Part shown: piece by piece, positions 47,418 to 61,700 of the stretch
Layout of the letters: every line of letters begins with the position of its first letter
Numbering within the stretch: the stretch's first letter is position 1
From: Macrostomum lignano
Lineage: Eukaryota
Direction: 5' to 3'
NCBI GenBank assembly: GCA_002269645.1
Contig: NIVC01001247.1
Coordinates: forward strand, 158,928-222,927
Length of the DNA: 64,000 bases
Notes under the pieces: generated by a model
The model's database searches: none
What the model saw: the letters and a program-made list of their open reading frames with translations, nothing else
What the model was told of the DNA's origin: nothing
Program-made: the position numbers and the translations under genes

Positions 47418-48187
47418 GTGTTGCTGTCAGTAGAAGGTCATAGACACAATGGCTGTTGCTGTCAGTAGAAGGTCATAGACACAATTCGTGTTGCTGTCAG
47501 TAGAAGGTCATAGACACAATGGGTGTTGCTGTCAGTAGAAGGTCATAGACACAATGGGTGTTGCTGTCAGTAGAAGGTCATAGACACAATGGGTGTTGCT
47601 GTCAGTAGAAGGTCATAGACACATTGGGTGTCGCTGTCAGTAGGTCATAGACACAATGGGTGTTGCTGTCAGTAGAAGGTCATAGACACAATTGGTTTTG
47701 CTGTCAGTAGAAGGTCATAGACACATTGGGTGTCGCTGTCAGTAGGTCATAGACACAATGGGTGTTGCTGTCAGTAGAAGGTCATAGACACAATTGGTTT
47801 TGCTGTCAGTAGAAGGTCATAGACACAATGGGTGTTGCTGTCAGTTGAAGGTCATAGACACAATTCGTGTTGCTGTCAGTTGAAGGTCATAGACACAATT
47901 CGTGTTGCTGTCAGTAGAAGGTCATAGACACAATTCGTGTTGCTGTCAGTAGAAGGTCATAGACACAATTGGTGTTGCTGTCAGTAGAAGGTCATAGACA
48001 CAATTCGTGTTGCTGTCAGTAGAAGGTCATAGACACAATTGGTGTTGCTGTCAGTAGAAGGTCATAGACACAATTGGTGTTGCTGTCAGTAGAAGGTCAT
48101 AGACACAATTGGTGTTGCTGTCAGTAGAAGGTCATAGACACAATTCGTGTTGCTGTCAGTAGAAGGTCATAGACACAATTCGTGTCG
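47418..48187. repeat. 35-bp minisatellite (GGGTGTTGCTGTCAGTAGAAGGTCATAGACACAAT), about 22 copies
   Basis: Period of 35 (47521 vs 47556). Units abut with no unique spacers. Confidence 0.96.
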
Positions 48188-48539
48188 TTCAGTCGTACTG
48201 AAAGATTTTCGGGCGCTCTGAACTTTTTCCCCTATCTCACATTTATCAAGCAATAATTAGTTCATACACGGGTCTGTCATCGACTTCTGAACTTTTTTAT
48301 CACTTAATTAGTCAATCACGTCTGTCTGGACGTTCCGAGCATTCTCTGTGGCGTTACTTCCGCAAATTTTTTTTATCGAATTAACTGGCTGACTGAGTAG
48401 TCAGAGATGATAATGTTTGTGCAGAAAAACAGGGTAAGAGACACTGACGAATAGAGGCAGACTAATTGGGTCTGATTGTGATTCCTTTTTGCATCAGCAA
48501 TATCTGAAACGCGAGACATAGAATGGAAAGTGTGGGACC

Positions 48540-49847
48540 GGGGTGATACACAGGTTAAGAGACACATGGTGTGACACAGGGTGAGACACAGGGTGGACAC
48601 ACATGGTAAGATACACAGGGTGAGACACAGGGTGAGACACAGGGTAAGAGACACAGGATGAGACACAGGGTAGGAGACACATAGTGGGACACAGGGTGAG
48701 ACACAGAGTGAGACACAGGTTAAGAGACATAGGGTGAAACACAGGGTAAGACCCAGGGTAAGAGACACAGGGTAGGAGACACAGGGTAGGAGACACAGGG
48801 TAGGCACACAGGGTAAGACCCAGGGTAAGAGACAAAGGGTAGGAGATACAAGGTAGGAGACACAGGGTAAGAGACACGGGGTGATACACAGGTTAAGAGA
48901 CACATGGTGAGACACAGGGTAAGACAATGTGAGACACAGGGTGAGATATACAGGGTAAGAGACACTGGGTGAGACTGTGAGACACAGGGTGAGATATACA
49001 AGGTAAGAGACACTGGGTGAGACTGTGAGACACAGGGTGAGATATACAGGGTAAGAGACACAGGGTGAGACTGTGAGACACAGGGTGAGATATACAGGGT
49101 AAGAGACACTGGGTGAGACTGTGAGACACAGGGTGAGATATACAGGGTAAGAGACACTGGTTGAGACTGTGAGACACAGGGTGAGATATACAGGGTAAGA
49201 GACACTGGTTGAGACTGTGAGACACAGGGTGAGATATACAGGGTAAGAGACACTGGTTGAGACTGTGAGACACAGGGTGAGATATACAGGGTAAGAGACA
49301 CTGGGTGAGACTGTGAGACACAGGGTGAGATATACAGGGTAAGAGACACTGGGTGAGACTGAGACACAGGGTAAGAGACACAGGGTGAGGCACAGGGTAA
49401 GACACACTGGGTGAGACTGTGAGACACAGGGTAAGAGACACAGGGTGAGACAAAGGGTAAGAGACACAGGGTGAGACTGTGAGACACAGGGTGAGATATA
49501 CAGGGTAAGAGACACTGGGTCAGACTGTGAGACAGGGTGAGATATACAGAATAAGAGACACAGGTTGAGACTGTGAGACACAGGGTGAGACACAGGGTAA
49601 GACAATGTGAGACACAGGGTGAGACAGTGAGACACAGGGTGAGATATATAGGGTAAGAGACACAGGTTGAGACTGTGAGACACAGGGTGAGACACAGGGT
49701 AAGACAATGTGAGACACAGGGTGAGACAGTGAGACACAGGGTGAGACACAGGGTAAGACAATGTGAGACACAGGGTGAGACAGTGAGACACAGGGTGAGA
49801 TATACAGGGTAAGAGACACAGGGTGAGACTGTGAGACACAGGGTGAG
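48540..49847. repeat. GAGACACAGGGT(A/G)A-based minisatellite with a 48-bp higher-order repeat
   Basis: Short base unit of about 14 bp. The central region has a 48-bp period (YPVYLTLCLTVSPSVS in the artefactual ORF). Confidence 0.94.
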
Positions 49848-50199
49848 AAAAAATTAGAGGCAAAGTGACGCAAGCGGACAATTATCACAGCCAGCCTATT
49901 CGGCCAACAATTATCATACCAATAAATTGAAATGATCCCCATTCGCCAGCTACACTTGGCAATGGTAATTAATTTCATGTCGACTCTGCATCCGGATCTG
50001 TACTGTCCAGGCACCGCAGTCAGTATTGTTCACTGCAGCGGCAGCAAGCTCACTGGTTTATTCACAGTCCCAACACCAGCTGCTATTCCAAGCCTCAACC
50101 CAATCTGTCGCTTGTGTTTGCCTTTGGACCAGCGGGCAGGCTCTCTCCGCATCCCTCATCTCTCACATCCCCTCATCTGGCAAATCCCAATCCCTAGCC

Positions 50200-50362
50200 A
50201 AAACAGCGCGGGTTGGTTGGCGTTGCAAAAATGGCATAAATTGATGTTTATTCAGTTTGCTGCCAGAGAAATATTAATTTGAGCAGCAGATGTCCAGCCG
50301 TGCAGATCCTTGCTTGAAGAGGCCCCTGTTTGCAGTCTGTTTAATCTCCTTAAAGCAATTAG
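50200..50362 (+). other. Probable non-coding first exon of the P2X gene
   Basis: Unique island between arrays ending in AG|GTAAGT (50363). A matching acceptor CCGCCAG|AAAAATG lies at 52786. The 5' boundary is unknown. Confidence 0.5.
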
Positions 50363-50499
50363 GTAAGTGTTGGCTGTTTACGTTACTCTTTGATGATTAA
50401 AATATTGTGCAAATAATTTGTGACATGGACAGAAAGACAGATGGCAAAGACAGGTAAGGACAGAGACTCAGTAATGGACGCGTACCGTAGGAAGGGAAA

Positions 50500-52712
50500 C
50501 GAAGGAAGGGACAGACACGAAGGAACAGAAGGAAGGGGCTGGCACGACGGGACAGACACGAAGGAACAGACACGACGGGACAGACACGAAGGAACAGACA
50601 CGAAAGGACAGAAGGAAGGGACAGACACGAAGGAACAGACACGAAGGGACAGACACGAAGGGACAGACACGAAGGGACAGACACGAAGGGACAGACACGA
50701 AGGGACAGACACGAAGGGAAAGACACGAAGGGACAGAAGGAAGGGACAGACACAAAGGAAAAGACACAAAGGGACAGAAGGAAGGGACAGACACAAAGGA
50801 AAAGACACGAAGGGACAGACACGAAGGGACAGACACGAAGGGACAGACACGAATGGACCGACACAAAGGAAAAGACACGAAGGAACAGACACGAAGGGAC
50901 AGACACGAAGGGACAGACACGAAGGGACAGAAGGAAGGGACAGACACGAAGGGACAGAAGGAAGGGACAGACACGAAGGGACAGACACGAAGGGACAGAC
51001 ACAAAGAAACAGACACGAAGGGACAGACACGAAGGGACAGACACGAAGGGACAGACACAAAGAAACAGACACGAAGGGACAGACACGAAGGGATAGACAC
51101 GAAGGGACAGAAACGAAGGGACAGAAACGAAGGAACAGACACGAAGGGACAGAAGGAAGGAACAGACACGAAGGGACTGAAGGAAGGGACAGACACGAAG
51201 GGACGGACACGAAAGGGCCAGACACGAAGGAAAAGACACAAAGAAACAGACACGAAGGGACAGACACGAAGGGACAGACAAAAAGGGACAGACACGAAGG
51301 GACAGACACAAAGAAACAGACACGAAGGGACAGACACGAAGGGACAGACAAAAAGGGACAGACACGAAGGGACAGAAACGAAGGGACAGACACGAAGGGA
51401 CAGACACGAAGGGATAGACACAAAGTAACAGACACGAAGGGACAGACACAAAGGGACAGACACGAAGGAAAAGACACGAAGGGACAGACACGAAGGGACA
51501 GACAAAAAGGGACAGACACGAAGGGACAGAAACGAAGGGACAGACACGAAGGGACAGACACGAAGGAACAGACACGAAGGGATAGACACGAAGGGACAGA
51601 AACGAAGGGACAGACAAAAAGGGACAGACACGAAGGAACAGACACGAAGGGACAGACACGAAGGGACAGAAACGAAGGGACAGACACGAAGGGACAGACA
51701 CGAAGGGACAGACACGAAGGGACAGACACGAAGGGACAGAAGGAAGGGACAGACACAAAGGAGAAGACACGAAGGGACAGACACGAAGGGACAGACACGA
51801 AGGGACAGACACGAAGGGACAGACACGAAGGGACAGACACGAAGGGAAAGACACGAAGGGACAGAAGGAAGGGACAGACACAAAGGAAAAGACACAAAGG
51901 GACAGAAGGAAGGGACAGACACAAAGGAAAAGACACGAAGGGACAGACACGAAGGGACAGACACGAAGGGACAGACACGAATGGACCGACACAAAGGAAA
52001 AGACACGAAGGAACAGACACGAAGGGACAGACACGAAGGGACAGACACGAAGGGACAGACACGAAGGGACAGACACGAAGGGACAGAAGGAAGGGACAGA
52101 CACGAAGGGACAGACACGAAGGGACAGACACGAAGGGACAGACACGAAGGGACAGACACGAAGGGACAGAAGGAAGGGACAGACACGAAGGGATAGACAC
52201 GAAGGGACAGAAACGAAGGGACAGAAACGAAGGAACAGACACGAAGGGACAGAAGGAAGGAACAGACACAAAGGGACTGAAGGAAGAGACAGACACGAAG
52301 GGACAGACACGAAGGGACAGACACGAAGGAAAAGACACAAAAAAACGGACACGAAGGGACAGACACGAAGGGACAGACACGAAGGGACAGACACGAAGGA
52401 CAGAAACGAAGGACAGACACGAAGGGACAGACACGAAGGGATAGACACAAAGTAACAGACACGAAGGGACAGACACAAAGGGACAGACACGAAGGAAAAG
52501 ACACGAAGAGACAGACACGAAGGGACAGACAAAAAGGGACAGACACGAAGGGACAGAAACGAAGGGACAGACACGAAGGGACAGACACGAAGGAACAGAC
52601 ACGAAGGGACAGACACGAAGGGACAGACAAAAAGGGACAGACACGAAGGGACAGACAAAAAGGGACAGACACGAAGGGACAGACAGGAAAGGACAGACAC
52701 GAAGGGACAGAC
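50500..52712. repeat. 15-bp purine-rich minisatellite (GACAGACACGAAGGG), about 2.2 kb
   Basis: Seen directly. Generates the 670-780 aa artefactual ORFs in several frames. Confidence 0.97.
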
Positions 52713-52790
52713 ACGGAGAGTGATACAGTGAGGCAAAATGGAATATATAAAATCTGTTATAAAAATGTCACCATCATTACCGCCAGAAAA

Positions 52791-55700
52791 ATGGCTTCGG
52801 TGAAAAAGTTCCTAGTGGCCACTCTGTTCGAATACGAGACCCAGAAGGTGATCGCCATCTCTTCCTACAAGATAGGCCTCATCTATCGCAGCATCCAACT
52901 GCTGATTGTCACCTACGTGGTTGGCTGGGTAATGCTGCGGGAGAAGGGCTACCAGAGTTTTGATCACGTTGTCAGCGGCGTCACCACCAAGTTGAAGGGT
53001 GAGTTCGAGGGATGAAGGGTCAGGGGAGGGGAGAAGAGATAAAGGAACAGGGTAGGGAGAAAAGATGAAAGGACAAGGGAAGGAAGAAGAGATGAAGGGA
53101 CAAGGAATTGAGAAGAGATGAATGGACAGAGGGAAATGTGATGAGATGAAGGGACAGGGGAAATGAGATGAGATGAAGGGACAGGGGATTGAGAAGAGAT
53201 GAAGGGACAGTGGATTGAGAAGAGATGAAGGGGCATGGTATTGAGAAGAGATGAAGAGACAGGGGATGGAGAAGAGACGAAGGCACAGGGAAGGGAGAAG
53301 AGATGAAGGGACATTGGAAGGGAGAAGAGATGAAGGAACATTGGAAGGGAGAAGAGATGAAGGGACATTGGAAGGGAGAAGAGATGAAGGGACATTGGAA
53401 GGGAGAAGAGATGAAGGGACATTGGAAGGGAGAATAGATGAAGGGACAGGGGAAGGGAGAAGAGATGAAGGGAAAGGGAAGGGAGAAGAGATGAAGGGAC
53501 AGGGGAAGAGAGAAGAGATGAAGGACAGGGGAAGGGAGAAGAGATGAAGGGACAGGGAAGGGAGAAGAGATGAAGGGACAGGGGATGGAGAATAGACGAA
53601 GGGACAGAGGATGGAGAAGAGACGAAGGGACATTGGAAGGAAGAAGAGATGAAGGGACAGGGGAAGGGAGAAGAGATGAAGGGACATTGGAAGGGAGAAG
53701 AGATGAAGGGACATTGGAAGGAAGAAGAGATGAAGGGACAGGGGAAGGGAGAAGAGATGAAGGGACATTGGAAGGGAGAAGAGATGAAGGGACAGGGGAA
53801 GGGAGAAGAGATGAAGGGACAGGGGAAGGGAGAAGAGATGAAGGGACAGGGGAAGGGAGAAGAGATGAAGGGACAGGGGAAGGGAGAAGAGATGAAGGGA
53901 CAGGGGAAGGGAGAAGAGATGAAGGGACAGGGGAAGGGAGAAGAGATGAAGGGACAGGGGAAGGGAGAAGAGATGAAGGGACAGGGGAAGGGAGAAGAGA
54001 TGAAGGGACAGGGGAAGGGAGAAGAGATGAAGAGACAGGGGAAGGGAGAAGAGATGAAGGGACAGGGGAAGGGAGAAGAGATGAAGGGACAGGGGAAGGG
54101 AGAAGAGATGAAGGGACAGGGGAAGGGAGAAGAGATGAAGGGACAGGGGAAGGGAGAAGAGATGAAGAGACAGGGGAAGGGAGAAGAGATGAAGGGACAG
54201 GGGAAGGGAGAAGAGATGAAGGGACAGGGAAGGGAGAAGAGATGAAGGGACAGGGGAAGGGAGAAGAGATGAAGAGACAGGGGAAGGGAGAAGAGATGAA
54301 GGGACAGGGGAAGGGAGAAGAGATGAAGGGACAGGGGAAGGGAGAAGAGATGAAGAGACAGGGGAAGGGAGAAGAGATGAAGGACAGGGGAAGGGAGAAG
54401 AGATGAAGGGACAGGGGAAGGGAGAAGAGATGAAGGGACAGGGGAAGGGAGAAGAGATGAAGGGACAGGGGAAGGGAGAAGAGATGAAGGGACAGGGGAA
54501 GGGAGAAGAGATGAAGGGACAGGGGAAGGGAGAAGAGATGAAGGGACAGGGGAAGGGCAAGAGACGAAGGGACAGAGAATGGAGAAGGGATGAAAAGACA
54601 AAGAATAATTAAACAGTTAAGGAACAAAAGGAGCAAACTAATTCAACTAATTATTTATGCTAACGCAAATAAAAACTATAAGCTTAATCGCATAGGATTA
54701 TGGATTATTAAAGGCATGAGGCTCTATTCTGCCTGACGCTACTCCAGTCCCCTCCGGTCTATGAACCAAGAATAAATGATGCCTATTATATTTTCAGGCC
54801 AACACTTCCCCGATCTCCCCTATGGAGCTGTCACCAAGGTATAGAACCATTCCCCCTCTATACAGTAGCTACGGGTAAATGTCACAACTCAGAAAACTGT
54901 GCCAAAAAGGACACAATTTCAGCAGATCAGCCTAACAGAAGGCCAACTGGCAACCCCCATGAAAGGGATTTAATTAAGGGGAGAAGCTGAGAACCGCATG
55001 CGTGTGTAACGAACGACAGGCCCTGGGTCGCGTGGGTTGGACTCATTTTGAGCTGTTGGCAAAATTGCCCCTATGCGACCCCTCAATGATTTACAGTTTT
55101 AATAGCTCGAATGCAGTTATGACTGGCTGATTGGGGGCAATCAATTGCTCTGCTGAGTTCATGGCGGTCGAGTTTTACAATAGAATTGGCAAACATTTCT
55201 CTCTGCCAAAGCTCTGTGTCGCTTTTTAATCGTCGAATCAGTCTTGCGGAAGCAAATAATTTCTGTCTTCTGTCGGGCTATTTTTCTCTTTGTATTCTTT
55301 TAGGAATTTAGTATTGAAACATCCGGAACTGGCGCCTATGAGACACCTAGAAATGGCGCCTATGGGACACACAAAAATGGCGCCTTTGAGACACCCAGAA
55401 CTGGCGCCTATGAGACACCCGGAACTGGCGCCTATGAGACACCCAGAACTTGCGCCTATGAGACACCTAGAAATGGCGCCTATGGGACACACAAAAATGG
55501 CGCCTATGAGACACCCAGAACTGGCGCCTATGAGACACCTAGAAATGGCGCCTATGAGACACCCAGAACTTGCGCCTATGAGACACCTAGAAATGGCGCC
55601 TATGGGACACACAAAAATGGCGCCTATGAGACACCCAGAACTGGCGCCTATGAAATACTCAAAACTAGTTCCCCAATATTGATTTAAAAGCAAAAATTTT

Positions 55701-58700
55701 TTCATCATTCACATTCACAGATTATACTTTCTGCAAAGCATATATCGTACTTTGTGTTGCCAAAATGCTTGCCAGAGCAAGTCTGACTAACATAAGCGAA
55801 GCAGTCAAATATTTGATCAGCTCTGGGCATGCAGTTATACAATTGTTTTAGCTGATCATAGTGATTGATGAGCTGTGTGGCGATGGCTGACCCAATGTTT
55901 GCATGACTGACTGACAATTTTTAGAATAATTTTGAGAAAGAGGGTATCAGAGAGAGACACAAAAAGAAAGAGGGAAGAGTCACAAAAAGGCAGAGGGAAG
56001 AGACACGAGAAGAGAGAGGGAAGAGTCACGAGAAGAGAGAGGGAAGAGTCACGAGAAGAGAGAGGGAAGAGTCACGAGAAGAGAGAGGGAAGAGTCACGA
56101 GAAGAGAGAGGGAAGAGACACGAGAAGAGAGAGGGAAGAGTCACGATAAGAGAGAGAGAAGAGTCACAAGAAGAGAGAGAGAAGAGACACGAGAAGAGAG
56201 AGGCAAGAGACACGAGAAGAGAGAGGGAAGAGACACGAGAAGAGAGAGGCAAGAGACACGAGAAGAGAGAGGAAGAGTCATGAGAAGAGAGGGAAGAGAA
56301 CCGAGAAGAGATGAGAGAGACTAGTCAAGACGAGAAAGGAGAATAATGTACAAGTGTATGTATTCGTTGATTTTCACTCCTCTCCATCAATGTCCGTGTA
56401 CCACCTGCAGGCCTTGAGTACACGAACTACAGCAATATCCCATCTATTGGGGATCGAATCTGGGACGTGGCTGACTGGGCGATACCACCTCAGATGAACA
56501 GCGCCTTCTTTGTCACCACCAACGTGGTAATTACTAAGAATCAGACTCACTCTACTTGCGAAGAGGACAAAGACAACAAGTGGCATGCAAGGTGAATTAT
56601 TCTGGTAGTTGTTTAAAAGACTGGATTAATAATGAGTGAGGTGTGTGTGGAGTGAGGTGAGTGCGGAGTGAGGTGGGTGTAGAATGAGGTGGGTGTGGAG
56701 TGAGGTGGGTGTGGAGTGAGGTGGGTGTGAAGTGAGGTGGGTGTGGAGTGAGGTGGGTGTGAAGTGAGGTGGGTGTGGAGTGAGGTGTAAGTGGAGTGAG
56801 GTGGGTTTGGAGTGAGGTGAGTGTGAATTGAGGTGGGTGTGGAGTGAGGTGTAAGTGGAGTGATGTGTAAGTGGAGTGAGGTGGGTTTGGAGTGAGGTGA
56901 GTGTGAGAGTGAGGTAGATGCGGAGTCAGGTGGCTGTAGAGTGAGGTCTGTGAGGAGTGAGGTGGGTGTGGAGTGAGGTGTAAGTGGAGTGAGGTGTAAG
57001 TGGAGTGAGGTGTAAGTGGAGTGAGGTGGGTGTGGAGTGAGGTGTAAGTGGAGTGAGGTGGTTGAGGAGTGAGGTGTAGGTGGAGTGAGGTGTTAGTGGA
57101 GTGAGGTGGGTGCAAATATATATTGCTTTTGTGCACTACTGAAAGTGTGTAAAATATTCCCGTCGAATGCGGTACCATCCCACAGCTGCAAGTCAGACGC
57201 GGACTGCGAGAAAGGCCACGTCCACCTGCTAGGCTGGGGTGTTCGCACGGGCAGGTGCATCAACAGCACCAGAGAGCCCAACCTGACTGTGTGCGAGATC
57301 TACGGCTGGTGCCCGACTGAGCAGGACAAACTGCCGCTTGGCAAAGACGAGGTTTGTGGCTTTAGCAGTACATGCAGTTGGTACGTTCGTTAAGTATTTC
57401 AACTACTGACTAACAACCTTATACATTTTTATCACCGTTCGCGCATCCCATCTTGACGCTCACAACTCATCACCCACCTCAGTCTTCACCCACCTTAATG
57501 CACTTCACAATAGACCACTACCTAACTTAGCACCGACCTCACTCCACACCCACTCCTCACCCACCTCACTCCTCACCCACCTCACTCCACACCCATCTCA
57601 CTCCTCACCCACCTCACTCCTCACCCACCTCACTCCTCACCCACCTCACTCCTCACCCACCTCACTCCTCACCCACCTCACTCCTCACCCACCTCACTCC
57701 TCACCCACCTCACTCCACACCCATCTCACTCCTCACCCACCTCACTCCTCACCCACCTCACTCCTCACTCACCTCACTCCTCACCCACCTCACTCCTCAC
57801 CCACCTCACTCCACACCCATCTCACTCCTCACCCACCTCACTCCTCACCCACCTCACTCCTCACCCACCTCACTCCTCACCCACCTCACTCCTCACCCAC
57901 CTCACTCCTCACCCACCTCACTCCTCACCCACCTCACTCCTCACCCACCTCACTCCTCACCCACCTCACTCCACACCCATCTCACTCCTCACCCACCTCA
58001 CTCCTCACCCACCTCACTCCTCACCCACCTCACTCCTCATCCACCTCACTCCTCACCCACCTCACTCCTCACCCACCTCACTCCTCACCAACCTCACTCC
58101 ACACCCACCTCACTCCTCACCCACCTCACTCCTCACCCACCTCACTCCACACCCATCTCACTCCTCACCCACCTCACTCCTCACCCACCTCACTCCTCAC
58201 CCACCTCACTCCTCACCCACCTCATTCCTCACCCATCTCACTCCTGTCCACAGCTCATTCCACATCCACTTCACCTTGTACCCACCTCACTCCGCACTCA
58301 CCTCATTCTACACGAGCCTCACTCTATACCCACCTGACCTCAATCAACACCCACCTCACTCCGCATCTACCTCATTATGCACCCAATTCACCCCAGACAA
58401 TCTCGCTTCGCCTGATCGTCCTCAGTCCTCGCCAAACACTCAGCAAAACAGTAAATATTTCATGCCACTGTCTGCAATTAGCTTCCCAAAATTGACCTTT
58501 CTGTAATTTTTCTTTGTTGGCCGCCTTGAAGTAGCAGAAAGAGTTTCCGCTCATCAAAATCTACCACTGATGGGGAATGGGGGTGATGCATGGAAGCTGC
58601 AGTCTGTGCCAGAATGAGGGTTATGATAGTGCAGAAGTCCTATTCTATTTAGAGCTGAAAAAGCAAGGATTTCTATAACCAGCTTAAATGCCGCGTACAT

Positions 58701-61700
58701 GTGCCCGGTGCATTAGTCCATGAAGAGGCATTTAGTACAGACACTTGGATCTGCTGCTGACAGAGCCTCAGAATTAATTGTATAATTATCAGGAGGTAAT
58801 AAAGAGCAATTAGAGACTCCAGTTAATCATATTTATAACCAGCTGGGGAAGCACTGACTTTGTGAGTGAATGGTTAAAAAATTATAAAAAAAGAAGAAAA
58901 CGATTATGTTGAAAAAAATGAGAAAACTTATAGGCCGCATAACTGCTGAGGCTAAAATATACTACTTAATAAAGTAGGCTAGCATTTTCTTTGGCGGTGT
59001 GCCAAGCAGTTTGATAATTCTTTCTGATGAGTTCTACCCTTCTTACTGAGAGTTCTACCCTTCTTACTGAGAGTTCTACCCCTTCTTACTGAGAGTTCTA
59101 CCCCTTCTTACTGATGAGTTCTACCCCTTCTTACTGAGAGTTCTACCCCTTCTTACTGAGAGTTCTACCCCTTCTTACTGAGAATTCTACCCCTTCTTAC
59201 TGAGAGTTCTACCCCTTCTTACTGATGAGTTCTACCCATTCTCGTTGATGAGTTCTACCCATTCTCGTTGATGAGTTCTACCCGTTCTCGTTGATGAGTT
59301 CTACCCCTTCCTACTGAGAGTTCTACCCCTTCTTACTGATGAGTTCTACCCATTCTTACTGAGAGTTCTACCCCTTCTTACTGATGAGTTCTACCCCTTC
59401 TTACTGAGAGTTCTACCCCTTCTTACTGAGAGTTCTACCCCTTCTTACTGAGAGTTCTACCCCTTCTTACTGAGAGTTCTACCCCTTCTTACTGAGAGTT
59501 CTACCCCTTCTTACTGATGAGTTCTACCCCTTCTTACTGAGAGTTCTACCCATTCTCGTTGATGAGTTCTACCCATTCTCGTTGATGAGTTCTACCCCTT
59601 CTTACTGAGAGTTCTACCCCTTCTTACTGATGAGTTCTACCCATTCTTACTGAGAGTTCTACCCCTTCTTACTGATGAGTTCTACCCTTCTTACTGAGAG
59701 TTCTACCCTTCTTACTGATGAACTCCACCCCTTCTTACTGAGAGTTCTACCCCTTCTTACTGATGAGTTCTACCCCTTCTTACTGAGAGTTCTACCCCTT
59801 CTTACTGAGAGTTCTACCCCTTCTTACTGAGAGTTCTACCCCTTCTTACTGAGAGTTCTACCCCTTACTGATGAGTTCTACCCCTTCTTACTGAGAGTTC
59901 TACCCCTTCTTACTGAGAGTTCTACCCCTTCTTACTGAGAGTTCTACCCCTTCTTACTGATGAGTTCTACCCCTTCTTACTGAGAGTTCTACCCCTTCTT
60001 ACTGAGAGTTCTACCCCTTCTTACTGAGAGTTCTACCCCTTCTTACTGAGAGTTCTACCCCTTACTGATGAGTTCTACCCCTTCTTACTGAGAGTTCTAC
60101 CCCTTCTTACTGAGAGTTCTACCCCTTCTTACTGAGAGTTCTACCCCTTCTTACTGATGAGTTCTACCCCTTCTTACTGAGAGTTCTACCCCTTCTTACT
60201 GAGAGTTCTACCCCTTCTTACTGAGAGTTCTACCCCTTCTTACTGAGAGTTCTACCCCTTCTTACTGATGAGTTCTACCCATTCTCGTTGATGAGTTCTA
60301 CCCGTTCTCGTTGATGAGTTCTACCCCTTCCTACTGAGAGTTCTACCCCTTCTTACTGAGAGTTCTACCCCTTCTTACTGAGAGTTCTACCCGTTCTCGT
60401 TGATGAGTTCTACCCCTTCCTACTGAGAGTTCTACCCCTTCCTACTGAGAGTTCTACCCCTTCCTACTGAGAGTTCTACCCCTTCCTACTGAGAGTTCTA
60501 CCCCTTCTTACTGATGAGTTCTACCCATTCTTACTGAGAGTTCTACCCCTTCTTACTGATGAGTTCTACCCCTTCTTACTGAGAGTTCTACCCCTTCTTA
60601 CTGATGAGTTCTACCCCTTCTTACTGAGAGTTCTACCCTTCTTACTGAGAGTTCTACCCCTTCTTACTGAGAGTTCTACCCCTTCTTACTGATGAGTTCT
60701 ACCCCTTCTTACTGAGAGTTCTACCCATTCTCGTTGATGAGTTCTACCCATTCTCGTTGATGAGTTCTACCCCTTCTTACTGAGAGTTCTACCCCTTCTT
60801 ACTGATGAGTTCTACCCATTCTTACTGAGAGTTCTACCCCTTCTTACTGATGAGTTCTACCCTTCTTACTGATGAATTCTACCCTTCTTACTGAGAGTTC
60901 TACCCCTTCTTTCTGATGAGTTATACCCTTCTTACTGAGAGTTCTACCCGTTCTTACTATAGAGTTCTACCCATTCTTACTGAGAGATCTACCCCTTCTT
61001 TCTGATGAGTTATACCCTTCTTACTGAGAGTTCTACCCGTTCTTACTATAGAGTTCTACCCGTTCTTTCTGATGAGTTCTACCCGTTCTTACTGATGAGT
61101 TCTACCCATTCTTACTGATGAGTTCTACCCTTCTTACTGAGAGTTCTACCCGTTCTTACTATAGAGTTCTACCCGTTCTTACTGAGAGTTCTACCCATTC
61201 TTACTGAGAGTTCTACCCGTTCTTACTGAGAGTTCTACCCATTCTTACTGATGAGTTCTACCCTTCTTACTGAGAGTTCTACCCATTCTTACTGATGAGT
61301 TCTACCCTTCTTACTGAGAGTTCTACCCGTTCTTACTGAGAGTTCTACCCGTTCTTACTGAGAGTTCTATCCATTCTTACTGATGAGTTCTACCCATTCT
61401 TACTGATGAGTTCTACCCCTTCTTACTGATGAGTTCTACCCATTCTTACTGATGAGTTCTACCCTTCTTACTGAGAGTTCTACCCGTTCTTACTGAGAGT
61501 TCTACCCGTTCTTACTGAGAGTTCTATCCATTCTTACTGATGAGTTCTACCCATTCTTACTGATGAGTTCTACCCATTCTTACTGAGAGTTCTATCCATT
61601 CTTACTGATGAGTTCTACCCGTTCTTACTAAAGAGTTATACCCATTCTTACTGATGAGTTCTACCCATTCTCGTTGATGAGTTCTACCCATTCTTACTGA

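Noticed and set aside
47418-48187. CRISPR-like appearance of the 35-bp repeat (also the 31-bp repeat at 4809)
   Set aside because: Units abut with no unique spacers, there are no cas genes, and the context is eukaryotic.
48373-54636. Very long ORFs (500-780 aa) on both strands
   Set aside because: They are translations of stop-free minisatellites, open in several frames at once. Similar artefacts occur at 8729-9343, 23770-24394, 56597-57178 and 62189-62800.
54798-54838. Possible extra P2X micro-exon (TTTTCAG|...AAG|GTATAG)
   Set aside because: It is 41 nt and breaks the phase between exons 1 and 2, and exon 1 to 56411 already gives the canonical KG-xxYTN junction. At best a poison-exon candidate.
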